A DNA stretch of 35,798 nt, from positions 1 through 35,798 of the forward strand of contig NIVC01003979.1 of assembly GCA_002269645.1 (NCBI GenBank), read 5' to 3'. Shown in pieces: positions 11,006 to 21,687 of this stretch; position 1 is the stretch's first letter, and each line of letters begins with the position of its first letter. The notes under the pieces are model-generated. The model did not search any database and was not told the origin of the DNA. It was given only the letters and a program-made list of their open reading frames with translations. A program made the position numbers and the translations under genes. The stretch is from Macrostomum lignano (Eukaryota).

Positions 11006-13414
11006 ATGATCTTCAAAGACAGTTTGGAAGATTCTAAAGTGGAGCAGCAAGCTGACAGCGAAATCGGGCAGGTGAGAGGCTTGTATTTGCTGGAATTGAC
11101 CTGTTGCTTCACCGGCTTCCTGTGAGATTTCTGACAATCTGTATCTTTTGGCGTCATGTACTGATCTGACATCATGTACCGATCTTCTGACACCCTGTAC
11201 TGCTCTTCTGACACCCTGTACTGCTTTTCTGACACCCTGTACTGCCGTCGAACCCCCCGAAGGTGCTGCTGCACGGCGTGTCGCTGGCGTCGCTGCGCCT
11301 TAACGGCGAGGAGCGGCTCTGCCTGGCCCAGATCTCCACCCAGCTGCTCTCCGGCCACACCTACAACGACATTCACAACCGACGCGTCGCTCTGGGCATC
11401 ACCTGCGTCCAGTGCACCCCGCGCCAGTTGGACAGCCTGCGCCGGGCCAGCGCCATGCCAGCCAGCGCCAAGCGCTGCGGCACGATCACGCGGCGCGAGG
11501 CCGAACGCCTGGTCCGCTCCTTCCTAGGCGAGCCGGAGCGGCCGCGCCTGCCGCCTGGTTACAAATTCAATGTCGGCCACGCCTGCGGCTGGGGCTGCCG
11601 GGGCAGCTTCTGGCCGGAGCGGTACACCAGCTCCAGGGCCAGGTGGGTGCCATTAAATCTCATTTAAGGGGGCGTCATTTTATTTGAGGGGGCGCCATTT
11701 TATTTGAGGGGCGCCATTTTATTTGAGGGGGCGCCATTTTATTTGAGGGGGCGCCATTTTATTTGAGGGGGCGCCATTTTATTTGAGGGGGCGCCATTTT
11801 ATTTGAGGGGGCGCCATTTTATTTGAGGGGGCGCCATTTTATTTGAGGGGGCGCCATTTTATTTGAGGGGGCGCCATTTTATTTGAGGGGGCGCCATTTT
11901 ATTTGAGGGGGCGCCATTTTATTTGAGGGGGCGCCATTTTATTTGAGGGGGCGCCATTTTATTTGAGGGGGCGCCATTTTATTTGAGGGGGCGCCATTTT
12001 ATTTGAGGGGGCGCCATTTTATTTGAGGGGCCTTATTATATTTTGAGGGGGCACCATTTTATATGAGGGGCGCCATTCTATTTGACGGGGCGCCATTCTA
12101 TACAAAGGCGCCATGCTATACAAGTGGTGCCATTTTATCTATGGGGCCCTATTTCATTTGAGGGGGCGCCATTTCATTTGGGGGCGCATTTAAGTCTAGG
12201 GGCGCCATTTTATATGAGGTGCGCCATTCTATCTGAGGGGGCGCCATTCTATCTGAGGGGGCGCCATTCTATCCAAGGTTCTATACGAGGGGCGCCCTTC
12301 TATTTGAGGAAGCGCCATTTTATTTTGAGGGGCGCCATTCTATACGAGTATGAGGGGCGCCATTACATTTGAGGGGCGCCAGAGCTACAGTGTAATTGGT
12401 TACCATATGCCAACTGACTGGGGGTGGCTGGCCCCCATAGCAACACAAAAGCCAATACTTTAGTAACCAATCACTGCCCTCAGGTGCGTGATGTGCAGCC
12501 AGTGCCGGGAGTTCTTCTCCCCGAACAAGTTCATCTTCCACTGCCACCGCCCGGAGGACTTCGAGTCGGCCAGAGTGGCCGAGTTCCGCCAGCCGGACGC
12601 GGCGAACTTCAACGCCTGGCGAAGGCACCTGACGTTGACGGACCCGGAGCCGAGCAGCGAACTGCTGCACAACTGGGAGGACGTCAAGGCGCTGTTCAAC
12701 GGCGGCTCGCGGCAGAGCACCGCCTCTGGCAAGGTTGGTCGCATGCCCCACGATTCACACACACGGGGGAAACTTCCAAGGCGCAGCAGAGAGTGTACAC
12801 GCCTGATGATTAGAAAGTCAGGGCTGCTGTACACCCTGTGTGAGCGTGTGTGCCTGCATGCGCATCAGTGCTCAGGGAGCAGCGGAACCCGGTTCACAAG
12901 CTCTCCATTGCAAACGATTGCTTCATTTCAGCCCGGCAGTCCAACAGCGGAGCAGCGGCAGGAATCGACCGCCGCCGCCGCCGCCGCCGCCACGGGCGCC
13001 CCAGACAGCAACGACAGCAGCAGCAGCAGCAGCCAGGGCGGCAGCATCTGCGGTGAGATGGCCGGCAACGGCGCAGCAGTTATCGGCGAAGAGCCGCCGC
13101 CGAAGATCTCGCCAGCTGCGGTCGCGTCGCCGCTGATGTGGGCCCAGCTTCTCATGCGGGCGGGCGCTATTCAGGGGCCGCTGCAGCCGCCCTGGCCGCT
13201 TGGACCGACGCCGCCTCTGCCGCTGATGCCGATGTCGATGCCGCTGTCGATGCCGCTGCCCGTCCCGCTGTCGCCGCCCCACCCAGCCATGTACTTTGGC
13301 TGCCCGCTGGTCGGCCGGGACAGTCCGGCCGGACAATCCGGCAATCTCCGTGGTCTGAAGAGGCGCCTTAGCGACCACTCCATCGAGGCCATTATGGGCG
13401 GCTCCGGCGTTTGA
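11006..13414 (+). CDS. SKOR: SKI family transcriptional co-repressor (SKOR1/2, Fussel/CORL orthologue)
   Basis: Exons ~11006-11071 (start uncertain; ...SEIGQ|GT), 11263-11642, 12484-12733, 12932-13414, all phase-compatible. Ski/Sno/Dac domain: ERLCLAQISTQLL...YNDIHNRRVALGITCVQCTP.QL..LRRA.AMP.S..RCG.IT.REAERL. SAND-like domain: CGWGCRGSF.PERY.SSRA.C..C..C..FFSPNKFIFHCH...QPDAANFNAWRRHL.L...WEDVKALFNGGSR. These are SKOR-specific wordings. Confidence 0.95.
11185..11243. repeat. 21-bp repeat x3 (TCTGACACCCTGTACTGCTCT) just before the SKOR exon 2 acceptor
   Basis: Three direct copies visible. Confidence 0.85.
11668..12380. repeat. 20-bp minisatellite (ATTTGAGGGGGCGCCATTTT) in SKOR intron
   Basis: About 17 near-perfect units to 12020, then degenerate copies to ~12380. 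Confidence 0.97.
12750..12890 (+). mobile_element. Dispersed hairpin element, copy C (inside the putative SKOR intron 12734-12931)
   Basis: GTGTACACGCCTGATGATTAGAAAGTCAGGGCTGCTGTACACCCTGTGTGAGCGTGTG...CTCAGGGAGCAGCGGAA. Confidence 0.7.
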
Positions 13415-15466
13415 AATTTCTATTACAGTTTTTACGAGTAGTGTCGAACAAAACCAATTTGGTGACTATTTTTATTGATGAATTTTTTTTAATGTCATCG
13501 AGTTTCATATCAGCTTCGTAAATAAGTGCAGTGCTCCGCAGTAAGAGGTGTGCCCACGATGCCATCATGGACGCAAAGACTTGCTGTTCTGCACAGCGCT
13601 TGAGTGGGGTTTGGCCATAGACAAATTTGGCTGAGAAAAATGCTATGAGTAAATACGAGTCTCGATAAACTTGTAAGTGCACCTTTAGATGAAGCACTCT
13701 TCTTTTGCAACTCGAACTGCAACTGAGCATCCTCAGTTAGTACAGGAGCCTGTACCGGTGCAGCGATTCTCAGGAACCGAGCAGACCGCAAGTACTGCCA
13801 AACTGGGACTCGAGCAGACTCATAACAGAACATCATGTGCCAATTGTCATGTCCTGCAGCAAGCCTATAGCCTAAATTGATGCTTTATTCGATTACTATT
13901 ATTGGCCATGTAGGCTTTGCCAAAATATTTGGTTATCTTTAGTTTCCCTGTGCTTTTTCCTCTTGCATTACTACTTTTATTAGTTCAGTAGCCAATTAGA
14001 GATGTTATTTACTAGCTAAATGAGACGAGAAGTGCTGCACTGCTTCGGTCTGTTCTACTTTTTTTCTATTTAAACTGTTAGATTCAAATAAACTCGTGTG
14101 AGGCGCCAAGTTGTACCCACTTTACCTTTGGCAACAATTTTCATCAGGTTGTTCTATCTTTTTCTGTCTACCAGTAGTAAGTAGTAAGTAGTATAAGTAA
14201 CTAGTGCAAAAGACTGCTCATATGAGTGAGCGGCTGTTAAAAAAATGACCGTGTAAATAGAATATAATGCACACATAAAAACGCACAGTGCAGGCCAAAG
14301 CAATTATTAAAATACTCTAGTATACGAAATGAATAATCAAGTTTGTTTAAATGAAGTTATCTGAGAGTTACAGGGTCGACGTGTCTGCTGATTTGTAGTT
14401 CAAAGAAGACAACAGAAAGGCAATTTTCTAGTGGTATTTGTTGCAGGATTACGAGTACTATATGATAACTTGATGGGGGCCACTCAGCACATTTGCGTGC
14501 AAGCTGCTGCCAGTTCAGTAGTAAGTTAAATAGAAGCATTTTAATGTATTTTAGATTACCCAGCTGATGAACTCTTCCGACCGCGTCTTTCCCCACCAAA
14601 CACCCGCCCCAGCCCCCAATTTTTATTGCCCTTCCTCGCCCGGTTTTCCCGCCTGCCATGTACATTTTGGTGACGCAGGGCTAATGTACATTAGGGCTAG
14701 GGCTGCACCAATCGCAAGAAGCTGTTTACGCCTGCAAGTCACTCCAACTGCCTCATTTTATAAAAATAGCCTTTAAAATTCTTTCTTACTACTGAACTGA
14801 AAGTAGAGGAACTGTTTTATCAAGCAAATATGCCAAATTGGGCCGAAGTCATCTAGTTTTTTGCCCGTGTAGTTACCTATAAATAGCTATCAAAGTACCT
14901 AATAACAATTAAACTTGAATATTACACACACTACACAGAATGTGTAACGAGGCGAAAAAACACTCGAGTTTCGGTTAGGAATTTACAATTGATTGTACGC
15001 ACAGCAATCGGCATGAAAGTACAGTCACTGGCTCAAAGAATATCGCAATGTACATGCACGCTCTTAAAATTTTCAAGCCAGAGGCGGAGATGTGTACGTT
15101 TACGGGGTTAAAACAATCACGTGACGTGTCTATCGCAACTGACCCTGCCTCAAACGGGTCAGTCGTGTAGCGATTGTACATTTATCTTTACACTGGAGTA
15201 TATTACAAAGCTAGGCACGCTGGTACTACTGTAAGTAAGTAGCGGTTTAATAAATGTTTGCCAACAATAATATAACTAATAAAAATGGAACTGGAACTTC
15301 GAGTAAATAAAAATATAATACAAAATATTTGCTGTAAATGTGCGATGTTGTAAAACAACAACAACAAATGTGCGATAGTGATCTGATTGAATTACCGTGA
15401 ATATCGCAGAGATTAAGGTTTATTACAGCTTAACTATCAATGAAAACGATTGAATTGTCTTTCGGA

Positions 15467-15595
15467 GGCGTAACCAGGATTTTTCATGGGGGGCGCTAGC
15501 ACCGGGGGGCGCTAGCACCGGGGGGCGCTAGCACCGGGGGGCGCTAGCACCGAGGGGCGCTAGCACCGGGGGGCGCTAGCACCGGGGGCTACGCC
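15467..15595. mobile_element. Short MITE-like element with GGCGTA(G/A)CC terminal inverted repeats and an internal 16-bp tandem repeat
   Basis: GGCGTAACC (15467-15475) vs GGCTACGCC (15587-15595); interior (ACCGGGGGGCGCTAGC) x~6. Confidence 0.6.
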
Positions 15596-15703
15596 CAAAA
15601 GTTCCCTTTGGTACTAAAAATCGCTTTCAAAGCCCTAATATTAACAGAACCAATTAGAAAACCCATCAGTAATTGTGCCGGCCTGTATCAACCAGCCGGG
15701 ACC

Positions 15704-18700
15704 TCAGCCCACAATGTACTGCTTGTAATTGGACAGCTTCTTCAGCTGCGCCTTGACTGCTCGCACCAGATCGGTGGGCTGCATCACCAGGCTGATCTCC
15801 GGCCCGTGCGCAGACAGCCGGTGCGCCACCTCCTTGGGCTCCGGCCACAGCCTCAGCGGACGGCCGTTGACCTCCGTCAGCGTCCAGGTGGTGAAATTGG
15901 CGTCATCAAGGACGCCCGCGGTTCGATAGGCGAGGCCGTGGGCCGCCGCCAGACCGTCCTGGAAGATGCAGTTTTGTTTGATTGGGATTTGAGAAGATTT
16001 GTGGATGAGGCTCACTTCAGGTGTCTTTGACCATGCCACTTACAGGATAATGGGGGTAGAAGTTTAGGTAAGTGGAAGGAGACTCAGTTAGGTGAAATGA
16101 GACTCAGGTAGGTGGAATGAGACTCAGTTAGGTAGAATGAGACTCAGGTAGTGGAATGAGACTCAGGTAGGTAGAATGAGACTCAGGTAGGTAGAATGAG
16201 ACTCAGTTAGGTGAAATGAGACTCAGGTAGGTGGAATGAGACTCAGTTAGGTGAAATGAGACTCAGGTAGGTGGAATGAGACTCAGTTAGGTGAAATGAG
16301 ACTCAGGTAGGTGGAATGAGACTCAGTTAGGTGAAATGAGACTCAGGTAGGTGGAATGAGACTCAGGTAGGTGGAATGAGACTCAGTTAGGTAGAATGAG
16401 ACTCAGTTAGGTAGAATGAGACTCAGGTAGTGGAATGAGACTCAGGTAGTGGAATGAGACTCAGGTAGGTGGAATGAGACTCAGATAGGTAGAATGAGAC
16501 TCAGTTAGGTGGAATGAGACTCAGGTAGTGGAATGAGACTCAGGTAGTGGAATGAGACTCTAGTAGGTGGAATGAGACTCTAGTAGGTGGAAGGGATTCA
16601 AATCCGCCTCACCTGCTGCACGTGGGCCACCTCGGCCGATTGTCCGGTGGTCACCAGGCCGAGAGAGCGGCCGTCTGGCCGGCTCACGCAGAAGGCCTTG
16701 CCATGCGGCAAGCGCCGCAGGCGGAGGGCCACCCGGCCAACGGAGCCCTGCAGGATTCGGCGGCACTGCTCCAGCGACTCCAGCCGGAAGCCGTCCACGC
16801 TCATCACCTGTTGACGGAAGGTGAGCTGGTATTAACCGACCAACCAAGTGAGGAGGAAGGAACCGCCAAGGACCGCTGATATTAAGCGGGTCTACGCTAG
16901 CTGTGCAAGCCGCCGCCGGCTCACCTGGTCGCCAACGCGAAGGCAGCCGTGCAGTCGAGTCGCTCGCCGATTCCAGCCAGCGATCCACAGCCTACCAGCG
17001 CAGTGGACGATGGCCACATTGTCGAGTAGGTCAGCAGCGTTGCAGTACACCTGCACGCCACCTGGGTGCAGAATCTGGCGCTTCAACCGTTCGACCGAGG
17101 CGCAGAGCGGACTGAGACGCGGCCCGCCGGGACCCAGGGTGTTCACCACGAACTGGCCGCCCTGGGTCTCCTCGACGCTGATGTCCGCCTGGAGGAAAGG
17201 ACGGCGGGTTGAAAACATTTACTAAGAATCATCCAGAGTTCTGTGGTGGACCACAAAATAGCTTGGCAAGTTAAGCAATGAAACGTAGCTATCAACACAA
17301 ACTCTAATTTGCGCAACCCCTAAATTTCACAACCCCTAAAAACGATTTTGTCGACAAACTGATAAATAATATTTTTACCGAACAACCCCTTTTTCCAGCT
17401 TTTCTTATTAAACCAAGTGCTAGAGTCAAGGATTCGAACCGGGCAAATCCAATTCGAATTTGCGCCAAAAAGTGACGTCGTTAAAAAGTCGTTAAACTCA
17501 GAATAGATTTTTTAAATACTACGAGTACACGATGTAATAGTAATTTTTGAAGGTACTAGAAATATGCTTAATGATACATGCTTAATACTACGAGCGTATT
17601 TGCATCCAAGAATTTCTCCTTTTGGCGCCAATTCGAATTGGATTTAATTCAGCAAAAACAAAGCCAGATCATGTGCACGCAATCTGTTACCTTTCTATCA
17701 AAGAAGCCGGACACCAGCACCGGCTTAGTCAGGTGCTGATAGGGCGGCGGGTCCGGATTGGGCCGGAACACCCCGACGGCTGACCGAAACCGCCTGGTAC
17801 GCAGTCGAGTCAGGGCGTCCCAGTCCTCCAGCTCGCGGTATTTGCTCTCAAGCACAGCGTACGCCTCCGGCTCCATGGCGTCCAGCTCGGCGAACTGAGG
17901 ATAGGTGTACTCGATGTGAATAATACAATTGCATCGCGCTATCCCATCACGTGACTGCCATCCCACCATTATTAGCCATCCACTCCTTATCTATTCTTAT
18001 CTTAGGTAGACAAAGTGTGCTTCAACATGCAGCTACTACCCAAAATCTAGGAGAAATTGCCCCCTCGTCACCTCGTCGCCTTTGTCTTTGTCAACCTCCT
18101 CGCTGTCCTCGCCGCCCTCGTAGATGCTGTACACTGTCTGCAGCTGTTGGCGCAGATCCTTGACCCCGGCTTCGCCACGCTCTCGACGCATTCGATCTTC
18201 CAGGCGGTGCAATTCGCGCAGCACTTCGCCTCCGCGCTGACGTCTTTGCTTTTTGGACTGGCTGAGCAGCCTGCTCCGGTCTGCCGTGTCCTCATCCTCA
18301 GCACCAGACTCGGCCTCCTCCTCTTGAGCCTCAGCCTCCGCCTCCGCCTCCATCCGCTTCAATCCTTCGATATCATCGGAGTCGAAGTCGAACGAATCGC
18401 TAGCAATGTTCTCTTCCGCTGCTGCAGCCTGAGCTCCTTGTCGCTGCACTGCCGCTAGCTTTTCATTGTTGGGGCTGCAATGATTTTTGCACTTTTCTTG
18501 CTCGGTTGCCTTCTGATTGTAATAAACAAGTGTAAGATAGTTAAGGAATTCAAAGATTTGATTGCAGTCAGTCAGCTATCTGTAGGTCTCGCAAGGGCGT
18601 ATTCAGCATGCCAGTGTGGTATGAGACAGGACCAGGACCATGGGCTAAGGTCTGCGATGCTCCATGCCTGCCCTCATCTTCAGCAGGTAAAGGCCGGAGG

Positions 18701-19520
18701 GAGGTCTGCCCCCTCTATTTGCCTCTGGCAGCCGCAGACCCCCCACGCTGTCTCGCAAGCCGACCCAGGGTCCCGGCGAGTGTTCAAGGCAGACCCTAGG
18801 GCGCTGGTGACCCATCCAGTGGCTTTTGCCGAACTTGGGTATGCGGGTCTGGCTCGCCAGTTCGCAGGCCGTGGTACTGCTCAACGTACCCTCTAATGCC
18901 TAAGGTGTTCGACCGTGCCGATGGGCTAGAATGCCGGGGAGTAGTCCGGTCGCAAGCGGTCCCCCTCCTGGTGTCGGGCCAGCCTTGGGGGTTCTTTTGG
19001 CCTACTGCCCGGTCAGGTGGAGTGGCCCGGTGAGTACCGCGCTCCTTCGAGGGTAGCCCACCAACCTTTATCTCTAGGGCACTACCCACCTGATGTCCCC
19101 GTTGTCGTACACCTCGCCTTCATCGTCCTCATCATTATCCCCCAAGGTGCCGTAGATGTTCTCCGGCTTGCTCCTGTCGGCCAGCTGGGCCAGATTCCTG
19201 GACAGACAAGCCACCCAGTCGGCGGCCTCCTGCTGCGAGTCGGCGGTGAGGGTCAGCATGCGGTCGGACAGCGCCATCAGGAAGCTGCAGGGATCGTCTA
19301 CTAGCGCGGCGACCCGGCTGCAGCCGCGCAGGTCGAACGAGTTGATTGGTGGGTCCGTTCTGGCCGCGGCGGCGTCCTCGTAGTACTCGAGCGAGGGCAG
19401 ACCGCCGAACAGCAGGAAGACGAACCAGCGGCGGGTTGGGCGGCGGAGCAGGCTGATGGGGCCGCTGGCCAGGGTCTGCTTCTTCAGGTAGCCAGCTTTG
19501 ATTACTACCTGCTGGTTCAT
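15704..19520 (-). CDS. PH-domain adaptor with acidic Tyr-containing linker and two C-terminal PDZ-like modules (583 aa)
   Basis: Exons 19520-19090, 18474-18072, 17894-17691, 17188-16925, 16807-16613, 15958-15704; all junctions GT/AG and phase-compatible, total 1752 nt. PH signature: IKAGYLKK...RRWFVF...LEYYED...INSFDL...LTADSQQEAADWVACL. PDZ-like text: LRVGDQVMSVDG...VALRLRR and LGL...EVAHVQQDGLAAAHGL...LTEVNGRPL. Confidence 0.85.
16080..16590. repeat. 19-20-bp minisatellite (GAGACTCAGGTAGGTGGAAT)
   Basis: About 25 tandem units filling most of the last intron of the PH gene. Confidence 0.96.
17445..17645. mobile_element. ~200-bp MITE-like element with 27-bp terminal inverted repeats
   Basis: AAATCCAATTCGAATTTGCGCCAAAA (from 17445) vs CTTTTGGCGCCAATTCGAATTGGATTT (17619-17645); AT-rich interior; no clear target-site duplication. 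Confidence 0.7.
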
Positions 19521-19625
19521 CTAGGCCGCAGTGCTTGGTAATGACGGGGTGGTTGTGAGTTGTTAGGCCATGTTGTAGTCAACGCTTTTCTGCTTTTCTT
19601 AATAATTTCTGCCTTCAAGGTCCGA

Positions 19626-20040
19626 CCACAGACTACAGAAACGTATTTCTTTGGCCCCGGCCATAGACTACAGAAACGTATTTCTTTGGCCCCGGCCATA
19701 GACTACAGAAACGTATTTCTTTGGCCCCGGCCATAGACTACAGAAACACATTTCTTTGGCCCCAGCCATAGACTACAGAAACGTATTTCTTTGATCCGAC
19801 CATAGACTACAGAAACGTATTTCTTTGGCCCCAGCCATAGACTACAGAAACGTATTTCTTTGGCCCCAGCCATAGACTACAGAAACGTATTTCTTTGGCC
19901 CCGGCCATAGACTACAGAAATGTATTTCTTTGGCCCCGGCCATAGACTACAGAAATGTATTTATTTGGCCCCGGCCATAGACTACAGAAATGTATTTATT
20001 TGGCCCTGGCCATAAACTACAGAAACGTATTTATTTGACC
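19626..20040. repeat. 35-bp minisatellite (CCATAGACTACAGAAACGTATTTCTTTGGCCCCGG)
   Basis: About 12 tandem units upstream of the PH gene ATG. Confidence 0.96.
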
Positions 20041-20452
20041 TGGGACAATAAAACTCCAAATTTGGATTCTAACAAAGGTTCAGCACTACCGGTCGAATAC
20101 TAACCGTTACCATCGCAACCAGCGGTTGCTATCGAATCACAGTATTCGGGGCCAAAGGCGGTCTTAGGCCTTTATGATACACACGCTTTGACAGAGAGCT
20201 TATCTGTAGTGCGAATTGTCTCAGCATCTCTGATGCTGTTTTATACTCAACAATGAGAGACAGTGGGTACAGAGATGGTCCATACTATTATTCTCATCTT
20301 TTCTCAGACACGGAGTGAGTGTAGGTTCAGTATGGGTTGAGTCACCGTTGACACACTTCAAGCAAAAAAAATTTGAGTTCATTTTAGAAATGATTTCTCT
20401 CATAGACGTGCTTTTGCGTATGCAAAATGGGATTAAGCCAAACAAGGGATTG

Positions 20453-20688
20453 CCATCATAAACTCGAAAAATCACATCGTCGAAAACAAGGCTCCATCAC
20501 AAGCTCGAAAAGGCACAAGCTCTAACCCTAACCCTAACCCCAAGGCACAAACCCTAACCGTAACCCCAACCCTAACCTAACCCTAAACTAACCCTAAAGG
20601 CACAAGCTCTGACCCTAACCCTATTCGAGCTTGTGATGGTGGTTGCTAAATCAGTTTTCGACGATGTGATTTTTCGAGCTTATGATGG
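20453..20688. mobile_element. Nested inverted-repeat element enclosing degenerate telomeric (CCCTAA)n
   Basis: Outer IR 20453-20487/20654-20688 (35 bp, 1 mismatch); inner IR 20494-20509/20624-20639; interior of CCCTAA-type hexamers. Confidence 0.75.
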
Positions 20689-21687
20689 CCCCCCCAAACA
20701 AGGACAGAGTCGCAATCATGTAAACACTTACAGTTCGAGTTTGAAACCGATGTTTCTCAAGATCAATTAAACCCCTCCGTCAGGAAATGAAATTGTTGTC
20801 TTTTGCGCGTTTATTGCCGTGCTGGCTAAGAGCGCGAAACTTTTGGTTTGGGGTGGCGAGCAGATCGAATGAGGCCACAAAAAAAGAGAAGAAATGCTCA
20901 GCTGAGCAGAGTGCTGCTGCTGTAGCTCTTGTGTTTATAAGCAGTAGGCGAAAATAAGAGAGAAGGTACTGAAAAATTGTGCACACACACTGTCGAAGCT
21001 TCTCTGCTCCAAGTGAAAGAGAATTCTGCTTGGTCTTCCAAAAGAGACTCTCCAAAAGGTGTATCATCGGTAAGAGACAGAGCTCAAATTCTCAGCCAAT
21101 GAGTATACGGAATGCTTGCTATTTCCATGTTCCTACACTGAGTAAGCTGTTATTTTAATACCATGACACGGCAGATGCGCTCTTAAAGTAGCCATGAATT
21201 CAAATCTGACAAATTTGTGTAATTATAGTGTTGTACAGATTGCCTGCTGTTGTGATAGCACCATCGGCACATTGCAGCTCTGCTTTTGTGGGTGCATTGT
21301 GTCCACTATGTATGAAACCTCTATTGGTGGGAACATTAGAGCAAAAAGTGAATGATGAGCTGCAAAACGTATAATGATATCAACCTTAGACAATCGCGTG
21401 ACTCAGTAGGTCACAATCCTGGAAAACCACCTGCCACAGGTCATGTTTCACAGATCACCTATCTATCACGGAAGAGCGATACTGGATAGTTACATGTACA
21501 GAATTTTGTTTACAAGGCAATTAATGTTATTTTATGATGAAGTCAGTTCCTATTTGATTACACGTTTATTTCGTGCGATAATGACATGACTGAGTGATTA
21601 AAATGAAATTTAAAATCAAACCGTCACCCGTCAGTCAAGGATGTACCGCATCAGTCAGTTTAAAGACCCAATGACCACACCAGCCTC

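Noticed and set aside
13392-13880. ORFs downstream of SKOR as a separate gene
   Set aside because: No recognisable domain, no consistent splice structure; likely 3' UTR or decayed repeat.
17425-17445. tRNA gene (B-box GGTTCGAATCC on minus); also A/B-box-like text at ~27295-27335
   Set aside because: No cloverleaf can be built and box spacing is wrong; at most SINE remnants.
20500-20625. True telomere or chromosome-fusion site
   Set aside because: Only ~100 bp of degenerate one-orientation hexamers enclosed by inverted repeats; better explained as element cargo.
20780-21067. 95-aa ORF as a hAT dimerisation-domain remnant
   Set aside because: Only a vague FWK...ATAA..AEHFFS resemblance; not supportable without a profile search.
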